NCBI GenBank assembly: GCA_964016885.1
Contig: CAXHJY010000046.1
Span: forward strand, 111,373-175,372
Direction: 5' to 3'
DNA: 64,000 bases
DNA from: Eledone cirrhosa
Taxonomy: Eukaryota
Within the stretch, counting starts at the first letter, position 1. The number at the start of each line of letters is the position of its first letter. Below the pieces are notes generated by a model. It searched no databases. It was not told the origin of the DNA and worked only from the letters and a program-made list of their open reading frames with translations. Made by a program: the position numbers and the translations under genes. Below are positions 15,001 to 30,000 of the stretch, in pieces.

Positions 15001-18000
15001 GGTCTCAGACTCTCTAATGATACTGCCAATGATCGTCTCATACTCTCTAATGATACTGCCAATGATCGTCTCATACTCTCTAATGGTACTGCCAATCATG
15101 GTCTCAGACTCTCTAATGATACTGCCAATCATGGTCTCAGACTCTCTAATGGTACTGCCGGTCATAGTCTAGAGACTCTCTAATGAAACTGCCAATCATG
15201 GCCTTAGACTCTCTAATGATACTGCCAATCATGGTCTCAGATTCTCTAATGGTGCAGAAAATCATGGTCTAGAGACTCTCTAATGATACTGCCAAACATG
15301 GTCTTAGACTCTCTAATGATACTGCCAATCATGGTCTCAGACTCTCTAATGGTACTGCCAATCATGGTCTAGAGAGTCTCTAATGATACTGCCAATCATG
15401 GTCTTAGACTCTCTAATGATACTGCCAATCATGGTCTCAGACTCTCTAATGATGCTGCCAATCATGGTCTCAGACTCTCTAATGGTACTGCAAATCATGG
15501 TATCAGACTCTCTAATGATACTACAAATCATGGTCTCAGACTCTCTAATGATACGGCCAATGATCGTCTCAGCTCTCTAATGGTACTGCCAATCATGGTC
15601 TCAGACTCTCTAATGATACTGCCAATCATGGTCTCAGACTCTCTAATGATACTGCCAATCATGGTCTCAGACTCTCTAATGATACTGCCAATCATGGTCT
15701 AGAGACTCTCTAATGATACTGCCAATATGGTCTCAGACTCTCTAATAATACTGCCAATCATGGTCTTAGACTCTCTAATGATACTGCCAATCATGGTCTC
15801 AGACTCTTTAATGGTACTAGCAATCATGGCCTAGAGACTCTCTAATGATACTGCCAATTATGGTCTTAGACTCTCTAATGATACTGCCAATCATGGTCTC
15901 AGACTCTCTAATGGTACTGCCAATCATGGTCTGAGACTCTCTAATGGTACTGCCAATATGGTCTCATACTCTCTCATGATACTGCCAATTATGGTCTCAG
16001 ACTCTCTACTGATACTGCCAATTATGGTCTCAGACTCTCTAATGGTACTGCAAATCATGGTATCAGACTCTCTAATGGTACTGCAAATCATGATATCAGA
16101 CTCTCTAATGATACTACCAAACATGGTCTCAGACTTTCTAATGATACTGCCAATGATCGTGTCAGACTCTCTAATGGTACTGCCAATCATTGTCTCAGAC
16201 TCTCTAATGATACTGCCAATCATGGTCTCAGACTCTCTAATGATACAGGCAATCATGGTCTAGAGACTCTGTAATGATACTGCCAATCATGGTCTCAGAC
16301 TCTCTAATGATACTGCCAATCATGGTGTTAGACTCTCTAATGATACTGCCAATCATGGTCTCAGACTCTCTAATGATACTGCCAATCATGGGCTCAGACT
16401 CTCTAATGGTACTGCCAATCCTGATCTCAGACTCTCTAATGATGCTGCCAATAATGGTCTCAGACTCTCTAATGATACTGCCAATCATGGTCTTAGACTC
16501 TCTAATGATATATGCCAATCATGGTCTCAGACTCTCTAATGGTACTGCCAATCATGATCTCAGACTCTCTAATGATACTGCCAATCATGGTCTCAGACTC
16601 TCTAATTATACTGCCAATCATGGTCTCAGACTCTCTAATGATACTGCCAATCTTGGTCTAGAGACTCTCTAATGATACTGCCAATCATGGTCTTAGACTA
16701 GCTATAGATACTGCCAATCATGGTCTCAAACTCTCTAATGGTACGGGCAATCATGGTCTAGAGACTCTCTAATGATACTGCCAATCATGGTCTTAGACTC
16801 GCTATAGATACTGCCAATCATGGTCTCAGACTCTCTAATGATACTGCCAATCATGGTCTCAGACTCTCTAATGATACTGCCAATTATGGTCTTAGACTCT
16901 CTAATGATACTGCCAATCATGGTCTAGAGACTCTCTAATGATACTGCCAATCATGGTCTTAGACTCTCTAATTGTACTGCCAATCATGGTCTCAGACTCT
17001 CTAATGGTACTGCCAGTATGGTCTCAGACTCTCTAATGATACTGCCAATCATAGTCTCAGACTCTCTAATGATATATGCCAATCATGGTCTCTGACTCTC
17101 TAATGATAATGCCAATCATGGTCTCAGACTCTCTAAAGGTACTGCAAATCATGGTCTCAGACTCTCTAATGATACTACCAATCATGGTCTCAGACTCTCT
17201 AATGATACTGCCATAGATCGTCTCAGACTCTCTAATGGTACTGCCAATCATGGTCTCAGCCTCTCTAATGATACTGCCAATCATGGTCTCAGACTCTGTA
17301 ATGATACTGCCAATCATGGTCTCAGACTCTCTAATGGTACTGCCGGTCATAGTCTAGAGACTCTCTAATGATACTGCCAATCATGGTCTTAGACTCTCTA
17401 ATGATACTGCAAATCATGTTCTCAGACTCTCTAATGGTGCAGAAAATCATGGTCTAGAGACTCTCTAATGATACTGCCAATCATGGTCTTAGACTCTCTA
17501 ATGATACTGCCAATCATGGTCTCAGACTCTCTAATGGTACTGCCAATCATGGTCTAGAGACTCTCTAATGATACTGCCAAACATGGTCTTAGACTCTCTA
17601 ATGGTACTGCCAATCATGGTCTCAGCCTCTCTAATGATACTGCCAATCATGGTCTCAGACTCTCTAATGATACTGCCAATCATGGTCTCAGACTCTCTAA
17701 TGGTACTGCCGGTCATAGTCTAGAGACTCTCTAATGATACTGCCAATCATGGTCTCAGCCTCTCTAATGATACTGCCAATCATGGTCTTAGACTCTCTAA
17801 TGATACTGCCAATCATGGTCTCAGGCTCTCTAATGGTACTGCCAATCATGGTCTAGAGAGTCTCTAATGATACTGCCAATCATGGTCTTAGACTCTCTAA
17901 TGTTACTGCCAATCATGGTCTCAGACTCTCTAATGATACTGCAAATCATGGTATCAGACCCTCTAATGGTAATGCAAATCATGGTATCTGACTCTCTAAT

Positions 18001-21000
18001 GATACTACCAATCATGGTCTCAGACTCTCTAATGATACTGCCAATGATCGTCTCATACTCTCTAATGGTACTGCCAATCATGGTCTCAGAGTCTCTAATG
18101 ATACTGCCAATCATGGTCTCAGACTCTCTAATGATACTGCCAATCATGGTCTAGAGACTCTCTAATGATACTGCCAATATGGTCTCAGACTCTCTAATAA
18201 TACTGCCAGTCATGGTCTTAGACTCTCTAATGATACTGCCAACCATGGTCTCAGACTCTCTAATGGTACGGGCAATCATGGTCTAGAGACTCTCTAATGA
18301 TACTGCCAATTATGGTCTTAGACTCTCTAATGATACTGCCAATCATGGTCTCAGACTCTCTAATGATACTGCCAATCATGGTCTAGAGACTCTCTAATGA
18401 TACTGCCAATCATGGTCTCAGACTCTCTAATAATACTGCCAGTCATGGTCTTAGACTCTCTAATGATACTGCCAATCATGGTCTCAGACTCTCTAATGGT
18501 ACGGGCAATCATGGTCTAGAGACTCTCTAATGATACTGCCAATTATGGTCTTAGACTCTCTAATGATACTGCCAATCATGGTCTCAGACTCTCTAATGAT
18601 ATATGCCAATCAAGGTCTCAGACTCTCTAATGGTACTGCCAATCATGATCTCAGACTCTCTAATGATACTGCCAATCATGGTCTCAGACTCTCTAATGAT
18701 ACTGCCAATCATGGTCTCAGACTCTCTACTGGTACTGCCAATCATTGTCTCTGACTCCCTAATGATACTGCCAATCATAGTCTCAGACTCTCTAATGGTA
18801 CTGCCAATCATGGTCTAGAGACTCTCTAATGATACTGCCAATTATGGTCTTAGACTCTCTAATGATACTGCCAATCATTGTCTCAGACTCTCTAATCGTA
18901 CTGCCAATCATGGTCTCAGTCTCTCTAATGGTACTGCCAATCAAGGTCTCAGACTCTCTAATGGTACTGCCAATATGGTCTCATACTCTCTGATGATACT
19001 GCCAATCATGGTCTCAGACTCTCTAATGGTACTGCCAATAATGGTCTAGAGACTCTCTAATGATACTGCCAATCATGGTCTTAGACTCTCTAATGGTACT
19101 GCCAATCATGGTCTCAGACTCTCTAATGGTACTGCCAATATGGACTCAGACTCTCTAATGATACTGCCAATCATGGTCTCAGACTCTCTAATGATATATG
19201 CGAATCATGGTCTCTGACTCTCTAATGAAACTGCCAATCATGGTCTCAGACTCTCTAATGGTACTGCCAATCATTGTCTCTGACTCTCTACTGGTACTGC
19301 CAATCATTGTCTCTGACTCTCTAATGATACTGCCAATCATGGTCTCAGACTCTCTAATGGTACTGCAAATCATGGTCTCAGACTCTCTACTGGTACTGCC
19401 AATCATTGTCTCTGACTCTCTAATGATACTGCCAATCATGGTCTCAGACTCTCTAATGGTACTGCAAATCATGGTCTCAGACTCTCTGATGATACTACCA
19501 ATCATGGTCTCAGACTCTCTAATGATACTGCCAAACATCGTCTCAGACTCTCTAATGGTACTGCCAATCATGGTCTCAGACAACCTAATGATACTGCCAA
19601 TCATGGTCTCAGACTCTCTAATGATACTGCCAATCATGGTCTCAGACTCTCTAATGGTACTGCCAATCAAGGTCTCAGACTCTCTAATGATACTGCCAAT
19701 CATGGTCTCAGACACTCTAATGATACTGCCAATCATGGTCTCAGACTCTTTAATGATACTGCCAATCATGGTCTCAGACTCTCTAATTATACTGCCAATC
19801 ATGGTCTCAGACTCTCTAATGGTACTGCCAATCAAGGTCTCAGACTCTCTAATGATACTGCCAATCATGGTCTCAGACTCTCTACTGGTACTGCCACTTA
19901 TTGTCTCAGACTCTCTAATGATACTGCCAATCATGGTCTTAGACTCACTAATGATATTGCCAATCATGGTCTAAGACACTCTAATGATACTGCCAATCAT
20001 GGTCTCAGACTCTCTAATGATACTGCCAATCATGGTCTCGGACTCTCTAATGATACTGCCAATAATGGTCTCAGACTCTCTAATGATACTGTCAATCATG
20101 GTCTCAGACTCTCTAATGATATATGCCAATCATGGTCTCAGACTCTCTAATGGTACTGCCAATCATGATTTCAGACTCTCTAATGATACTGCCAATATTG
20201 GTCTCAGACTCTCTAATGATACTGCCAATCATGGTCTCAGACTCTCTAATGATACTGCCAATCATGGTCTCAGACTCTCTAATGATATATGCCAATCATG
20301 GTCTCAGACACTCTAATGGTACTGCCAATCATGGTCTAGAGACTCTCTAATGATACAGCCAATCATGGTCTTAGAATCTCTAATTGTACTGCCAATCATG
20401 GTCTCAGGCTCTCTAATGGTACTGCCAATATGGTCTCAGACTCTCTAATGATACTGCCAATCATAGTCTCAGACTCTCTAATGATATATGCCAATCATGG
20501 TCTCTGATTCTCTAATGATACTGCCAATCATGGTCTCAGACTCTCTAATGGTACTGCCAATCATGGTCTCAGACTCTCTGATGATACTGCCAATCATGGT
20601 CTCAGACTCTCTAATGATACTGCCAATCATGGTCTTAGACTCTCTAATGATAATGCCAATCTTGGTCGCAGACTCTCTAATGGTACTGCCAATCATGGTC
20701 TCAGACTCTCTAATGATACGGCCAAAGATCGTCTCAGACTCTCTAATGGTACTGCAAATCATGGTCTCAGCCTCTCTAATGATACTGCCAATCATGGTCT
20801 CAGACTCTCTAATGGTACTGCCAATCATGGTCTCAGACTCTCTAATGGTACTGCCAATCATGGTCTCAGACTCTCTAATGATACTGCCAATCATGGTCTC
20901 AGACTCTCTAATGGTACTGCCAATCAAGGTCTCAGACTCTCGAATCATACTGCCAATCATGGTCTCAGACTCTCTACTGGTACTGCCAATCATTGTCTCT

Positions 21001-24000
21001 GACTCTCTAATGATACTGCCAATCATGGACTCAGACTCTCTAATGGTACTGCAAATCATGGTGTCAGACTCTCTGATGATACTACCAATCATGGTCTCAG
21101 ACTCTCTAATGATACTGCCAAAGATCGTCTCAGATTCTCTAATGGTACTGCCAATCATGGTCTCAGACTCTCTAATGATACTGCCAATCAAGGTCTCAGA
21201 TTCTCTAATGATACTGCCAATCATGGTCTCAGACTCTCTAATGATACTGCCAATCATGGTCTAGAGACTCTCTAATGATACTGCCAATAATGGTCTCAGA
21301 CTCTCTAATGATACTGCCAATCATGGTCTCAGACTCTCTAATGATACTGCCAATAATGGTCTCATACTCTCGAATCATACTGCCAATCATGGTCTCAGAC
21401 TCTCTAATGATACTGCCAATCATGGTCTCAGACTCTCTAATGGTACTGCCAATCAAGGTCTCAGACTCTCGAATCATACTGCCAATCATGGTCTCAGACT
21501 CTCTAATGATACTGCCAATCATGGTCTCAGACTCTCTAATGATACTGCCAATCATGGTCTCAGACTCTCTACTGGTACTGCCAATCATTGTCTCTGACTC
21601 TCTAATGATACTGCCAATCATGGTCTCAGACTCTCTAATGGTACAGCAAATCATGGTCTAGAGACTCTCTAATGATACTGCCAATCATGGTCTTAGACTC
21701 TCTAATTGTACTGCCAATCATGGTCTCAGACTCTCTAATGGTACTGCCAATATGGTCTCAGACTCTCTAATGATACTGCCAATCATAGTCTCAGACTCTC
21801 TAATGATATATGCCAATCATGGTCTCTGACTCTCTAATGATACTGCCAATCATGGTCTCAGACTCTCTGATGATACTACCAATCATGGTCTCAGACTCCC
21901 TGATGATACTGCCAAAGATCGTCTCAGACTCTCTAATGGTACTGCCAATCATGGTCTCAGCCTCTCTAATGATACTGCCAATCATGGTCTCAGACTCTCT
22001 AATGGTACTGCCAATCATGGTCTCAGACTCTCTAATGATACTGCCAATCATGGTCTAGAGACTCTCTAATGATATTGCAAATCATGGTCTCAGACTCTCT
22101 AATGGTACTGCCAATCATGGTCTCAGACTCTCTAATGATACTGCCAATCATGGTCTTAGACTCTCTAATGATAATGCCAATCTTGGTCGCAGACTCTCTA
22201 ATGATACTGCCAATCATGGTCTCAGACTCTCTAATGGTACTGCAAATCACTGTCTCTGACTCTCTAATGGTACTGCCAATCATGGTCTCAGATTCTCTAA
22301 TGGTACTGCAAATCATGGTCTCAGACTCTCTAATGGTACTGCCAATCATGGTCTCAGACTCTCTAATGATACGGCCAATCATGGTCTCAGACTCTCTAAT
22401 GGTACTGCCAATCAAGGTCTCAGATTCTCTAATGATACTGCCAATCATGGTCTCAGACTCTCTAATGGTACTGCCAATCAAGGTCTCAGATTCTCTAATG
22501 ATACTGCCAATCATTGTCTCTGACTCTCTAATGGTACTGCAAATCATGGTCTCAGACTCTCTAATGGTACTGCAAATCATGGTCTCAGACTCTCTAATGA
22601 TACTGCCAATCATGGTCTCAGACTCTCTAATGATACGGCCAATCATGGTCTCAGACTCTCTAATGGTACTGCCAATCAAGGTCTCAGATTCTCTAATGAT
22701 ACTGCCAATCATGGTCTCAGACTCTCTACTGGTACTGCCACTCATTGTCTCAGACTCTCTAATGATACTGCCAATAATGGTCTCAGACTCTCTAATGATA
22801 CTGCCAATCATGGTCTCAGACTCTCTAATGGTACTGCCAATAATGGTCTAGAGACTCTCTAATGACACTGCCAATCATGGTCTTAGACTCTCTAATTGTA
22901 CTGCCAATCATGGTCTCAGACTCTCTCATGATACTGCCAATCATGGTCTAGAGACTCTCTAATGACACTGCCAATCATGGTCTTAGACTCTCTAATTGTA
23001 CTGCCAATCATGGTCTCAGACTCTCTAATGGTACTGCCGATATGGTCTCAGACTCTCTAATGATACTGCCAATCATAGTCTCAGACTCTCTAATGATACT
23101 GCCAATCATGGTCTAGAGACTCTCTAATGATACTGCAAATCATGGTCTCACACTCTCTAATGGTACTGCCAATCATGGTCTCAGACTCTCTAATGATACT
23201 GCCAATCATGGTCTTAGACTCTCTAATGATAATGCCAATCTTGGTCGCAGACTCTCTAATGATACTGCCAATCATGGTCTCAGACTCTCTAATGGTACTG
23301 CCAATCATTGTCTCTGACTCTCTAATGGTACTGCCAATCATGGTCTCAGATTCTCTAATGGTACTGCAAATCATGGTCTCAGACTCTCTAATGGTACTGC
23401 CAATCATGGTCTCAGACTCTCTAATGATACGGCCAATCATGGTCTCAGACTCTCTAATGGTACTGCCAATCAAGGTCTCAGATTCTCTAATGATACTGCC
23501 AATCATGGTCTCAGCCTCTCTAATGGTACAGCCAATCAAGGTCTCAGATTCTCTAATGATACTGCCAATCATTGTCTCTGACTCTCTAATGGTACTGCAA
23601 ATCATGGTCTCAGACTCTCTAATGGTACTGCAAATCATGGTCTCAGACTCTCTAATGATACTGCCAATCATGGTCTCAGACTCTCTAATGATACGGCCAA
23701 TCATGGTCTCAGACTCTCTAATGGTACTGCCAATCAAGGTCTCAGATTCTCTAATGATACTGCCAATCATGGTCTCAGACTCTCTACTGGTACTGCCACT
23801 CATTGTCTCAGATTCTCTAATGATAGCAATGGTCTCAGACTAATAATGGTCTCAGACTAGCTCTAGAGATACTGCCTAGATGCATGTGGTCTCAGACTCT
23901 ATGACTGCTGGTTAGCTCTCTAATGGTACTGGCCAATAATGGTCTAGAGACTCTCTAATGACACTGCCAATCATGGTCCTTAGACTCTCTAATTGTACTG

Positions 24001-27000
24001 CCAATCATGGTCTCAGACTCTCTCATGATACTGCCAATCATGGTCTAGAGACTCTCTAATGACACTGCCAATCATGGTCTTAGACTCTCTAATTGTACTG
24101 CCAATCATGGTCTCAGACTCTCTAATGGTACTGCCGATATGGTCTCAGACTCTCTAATGATACTGCCAATCATAGTCTCAGACTCTCTAATGATATATGT
24201 CAATCATGGTCTCTGACTCTCTAATGATACTGCCAATCATGGTCTCAGACTCTCTAATGGTACTGCAAATCATGGTCTCAGACTCTCTGATGATTCTACC
24301 AATCATGGTCTCAGACTCTCTAATGATACTGCCAAAGATCGTCTCAGACTCTCTAATGGTACTGCCAATCATGGTCTCAGCCTCTCTATTGATGCTGCCA
24401 ATCTCAGACTCTCTAATGATACTGCCAATCATGGTCTCAGACTCTCTAATGATACTGCCAATCATGGTCTAGAGACTCTCTAATGATACTGCAAATCATG
24501 GTCTCAGACTCTCTAATGGTACTGCCAATCATGGTCTTAGACTCTCTAATGCCAATCATGGTCTTAGACTCTCTAATGATAATGCCAATCTTGGTCGCAG
24601 ACTCTCTAATGATACTGCCAATCATGGTCTCAGACTCTCTAATGGTACTGCCAATCAAGGCATCAGACTCTCTAATGATACTGCCAATCATGGTCTCAGA
24701 CTCTCTACTGGTACTGCCACTCATTGTCTCAGACTCTCTAATGATATATGCGAATCATGGTCACTGACTCTCTAATGAAACTGCCAATCATGGTCTCAGA
24801 CTCTCTAATGGTACTGCCAATCATGGTCTCAGACTCTCTAATGATACGGCCAATCATGGTCTCAGACTCTCTAATGGTACTGCCAATCAAGGTCTCAGAT
24901 TCTCTAATGATACTGCCAATCATGGTCTCAGACTCTCTACTGGTACTGCCACTCATTGTCTCAGATTCTCTAATGATACTGCCAATAATGGTCTCAGACT
25001 CTCTAATGATACTGCCAATCATGGTCTCAGACTCTCTAATGGTACTGCCAATAATGGTCTAGAGACTCTCTAATGACACTGCCAATCATGGTCTTAGACT
25101 CTCTAATTGTACTGCCAATCATGGTCTCAGACTCTCTCATGATACTGCCAATCATGGTCTAGAGACTCTCTAATGACACTGCCAATCATGGTCTTAGACT
25201 CTCTAATTGTACTGCCAATCATGGTCTCAGACTCTCTAATGGTACTGCCGATATGGTCTCAGACTCTCTAATGATACTGCCAATCATAGTCTCAGACTCT
25301 CTAATGATATATGTCAATCATGGTCTCTGACTCTCTAATGATACTGCCAATCATGGTCTCAGACTCTCTAATGGTACTGCAAATCATGGTCTCAGACTCT
25401 CTGATGATTCTACCAATCATGGTCTCAGACTCTCTAATGATACTGCCAAAGATCGTCTCAGACTCTCTAATGGTACTGCCAATCATGGTCTCAGCCTCTC
25501 TATTGATGCTGCCAATCATGGTCTCAGACTCTCTAATGATACTGCCAAAGATCGTCTCAGACTCTCTAATGATACTGCCAATCATGGTCTCAGACTCTCT
25601 AATGATACTGCCAATCATGGTCTAGAGACTCTCTAATGATACTGCAAATCATGGTCTCAGACTCTCTAATGGTACTGCCAATCATGGTCTTAGACTCTCT
25701 AATGCCAATCATGGTCTTAGACTCTCTAATGATAATGCCAATCTTGGTCGCAGACTCTCTAATGATACTGCCAATCATGGTCTCAGACTCTCTAATGGTA
25801 CTGCCAATCAAGGCATCAGACTCTCTAATGATACTGCCAATCATGGTCTCAGACTCTCTACTGGTACTGCCACTCATTGTCTCAGACTCTCTAATGATAT
25901 ATGCGAATCATGGTCACTGACTCTCTAATGAAACTGCCAATCATGGTCTCAGACTCTCTAATGGTACTGCCAATCATGGTCTCAGACTCTCTAATGGTAC
26001 TGCCAATATGGTCTCATACTCTCTCATGACACTGCCAATAATGGTCTAGAGACTCTCTAATGGTGCTGCCAATCATGGTCTCAGACTCTCTAATGGTACT
26101 GCCAAAGATCGTCTCAGACTCTCTAATGGTACTGCCGATATGGTCTCAGACTCTCTAATGGTACTGCCAATCATGGACTCAGACTCTCTAATGATACTGC
26201 CAATCATGGTCTCAGACTCTCTAATGATATATGCGAATCATGGTCTCTGACTCTCTAATGAAACTGCCAATCATGGTCTCAGACTCTCTAATGGTACTGC
26301 CAATCATGGTCTCAGACTCTCTAATGGTACTGCCAATATGGTCTCATACTCTCTCATGATACTGCCAATCATGGTCTCAGACTCTCTAATGGTACTGCCA
26401 ATAATGGTCTAGAGACTCTCTAATGGTACTGCCAATCATGGTCTTAGACTCTCTAATGGTACTGCCAATCATGGTCTCAGACTCTGTAATGGTACTGCCA
26501 ATATGGACGCAGACTCTCTAATGATACTGCCAATCATGGTCTCAGACTCTCTAATGATACTGCCAATCATGGTCTCAGACTCTCTACTGGTACTGCCAAT
26601 CATTGTCTCTGACTCTCTAATGATACTGCCAATCATGGTCTCAGACTCTCTAATGGTACTGCAAATCATGGTCTCAGACTCTCTGATGATACTACCAATC
26701 ATGGTCTCAGACTCTCTAATGATACTGCCAAAGATCGTCTCAGACTCTCTAATAGTACTGCCACTCATTGTCTCAGACTCTCTAATGATACTGCCAATCA
26801 TGGTCTCAGACTCTCTAATGGTACTGCCAATCAAGGTCTCAGACTCTCTAATGATACTGCCAATCATGGTCTCAGACTCTCTACTGGTACTGCCACTCAT
26901 TGTCTCAGACTCTCTAATGATATTGCCAATCATGGTCTCAGACAACCTAATGATACTGCCAATCATGGTCTCAGACTCTCTAATGATACTGCCAATCATG

Positions 27001-30000
27001 GTCTCAGACTCTCTAATGATACTGCCAATCATGGTCTCAGACTCTCTAATGATACTGCCAATAATGGTCTCAGACTCTCTAATGATACTGCCAATCATGG
27101 TCTCAGACTCTCTAATGATACTGCCAATCATGGTCTCAGACTCTCTAATGATACTGCCAATCATGGTCTCAGACTCTCTAATGATACTGCCAATCATGGT
27201 CTCAGACTCTCTACTGGTACTGCCAATCATTGTCTTTGACTCTCTAATGATACTGCCAATCATTGTCTCTGACTCTCTAATGATACTGCCAATCATGGTC
27301 TCAGACTCTCTAATGGTACTGCCAATCAAGGTCTCAGACTCTCTAATGATACTGCCAATCATGGTCTCAGACTCTCTACTGGTACTGCCACTCATTGTCT
27401 CAGACTCTCTAATGATATTGCCAATCATGGTCTCAGACAACCTAATGATACTGCCAATCATGGTCTCAGACTCTCTAATGATACTGCCAATCATGGTCTC
27501 AGACTCTCTAATGATACTGCCAATCATGGTCTCAGACTCTCTAATGATACTGCCAATAATGGTCTCAGACTCTCTAATGATACTGCCAATCATGGTCTCA
27601 GACTCTCTAATGATACTGCCAATCATGGTCTCAGACTCTCTAATGATACTGCCAATCATGGTCTCAGACTCTCTAATGATACTGCCAATCATGGTCTCAG
27701 ACTCTCTAATGATACTGCCAATCATGGTCTCAGACTCTCTAATGATACTGCCAATCATGGTCTCAGACTCTCTAATGATATATGCCAATCATGGTCTCAG
27801 ACTCTCTAATGGTACTGCCAATCAAGGTCTCAGACTCTCTAATGATACTGCCAATCATGGTCTCAGACACTCTAATGATACTGCCAATCATGGTCTCAGA
27901 CTCTCTAATGATACTGCCAATCATGGTCTCAGACTCTCTAATTATACTGCCTATCATGGTCTCAGACTCTCTAATGGTACTGCCACTCATTGTCTCAGAC
28001 TCTCTAATGATACTGCCAATCATGGTCTTAGACTCACTAATGATATTGCCAATCAAGGTCTAAGACTCTCTAATGATACTGCCAATCATGGTCTCAGACT
28101 CTCTAATGATACTGCCAATAATGGTCTCAGACTCTCTAATGATACTGCCAATCATGGTCTCAGACTCTCTAATGATATATGCCAATCAAGGTCTCAGACT
28201 CTCTAATGGTACTGCCAATCATGATCTCAGACTCTCTAATGATACTGCCAATCATGGTCTAGAGACTCTCTAATGATACTTCCAATCAAGGTCTTAGACT
28301 CCCTAATGATACTGCCAATCATGGTCTCAGACTCTCTAATGGTACTGCCAATCATGGTCTAGAGACTCTCTAATGATACTGCCAATTATGGTCTTAGACT
28401 CTCTAATGATACTGCCAATCATTGTCTCAGACTCTCTAATGGTACTGCCAATCATGGTCTCAGACTCTCTAATGGTACTGCCAATATGGTCTCATACTCT
28501 CTGATGATACTGCCAATCATGGTCTCAGACTCTCTAATGGTACTGCCAATAATGGTCTAGAGACTCTCTAATGATACTGCCAATCATGGTCTTAGACTCT
28601 CTAATGGTACTGCCAATCATGGTCTCAGACTCTCTAATGGTACTGCCAATATGGACTCAGACTCTCTAATGATACTGCCAATCATGGTCTCAGACTCTCT
28701 AATGATATATGCGAATCATGGTCTCTGACTCTCTAATGAAACTGCCAATCATGGTCTCAGACTCTCTAATGGTACTGCAAATCATGGTCTCAGACTCTCT
28801 AATGAAACTGCCAATCATGGTCTTAGACTCTCTAATGGTACTGCCAATCATGGTCTCAGACTCTCTAATGGTACTGCCAATATGGTCTCAGACTCTCTAC
28901 TGGTACTGCCACTCATTGTCTCAGACTCTCTAATGATATTGCCAATCATGGTCTCAGACAACCTAATGATACTGCCAATCATGGTCTCAGACTCTCTAAT
29001 GATACTGCCAATCATGGTCTCAGACTCTCTAATGATACTGCCAATCATGGTCTCAGACTCTCTAATGATACTGCCAATAATGGTCTCAGACTCTCTAATG
29101 ATACTGCCAATCATGGTCTCAGACTCTCTAATGATACTGCCAATCATGGTCTCAGACTCTCTAATGATACTGCCAATCATGGTCTCAGACTCTCTAATGA
29201 TACTGCCAATCATGGTCTCAGACTCTCTACTGGTACTGCCAATCATTGTCTCTGACTCTCTAATGATACTGCCAATCATGGTCTCAGACTCTCTAATGGT
29301 ACTGCAAATCATGGTCTCAGACTCTCTGATGATACTGCCAATCATGGTCTCAGACTCTCTAATGGTACTGCCAATCAAGGTCTCAGACTCTCTAATGATA
29401 CTGCCAATCATGGTCTCAGACTCTCTACTGGTACTGCCACTCATTGTCTCAGACTCTCTAATGATATTGCCAATCATGGTCTCAGACAACCTAATGATAC
29501 TGCCAATAATGGTCTCAGACTCTCTAATGATACTGCCAATCATGGTCTCAGACTCTCTAATGATACTGCCAATCATGGTCTCAGACTCTCTAATGATACT
29601 GCCAATAATGGTCTCAGACTCTCTAATGATACTGCCAATCATGGTCTCAGACTCTCTAATGATACTGCCAATCATGGTCTCAGACTCTCTAATGATACTG
29701 CCAATCATGGTCTCAGACTCTCTAATGATACTGCCAATCATGGTCTCAGACTCTCTAATGATACTGCCAATCATGGTCTCAGACTCTCTAATGATACTGC
29801 CAATCATGGTCTCAGACTCTCTAATGATATATGCCAATCATGGTCTCAGACTCTCTAATGGTACTGCCAATCAAGGTCTCAGACTCTCTAATGATACTGC
29901 CAATCATGGTCTCAGACACTCTAATGATACTGCCAATCATGGTCTCAGACTCTCTAATGATACTGCCAATCATGGTCTCAGACTCTCTAATTATACTGCC

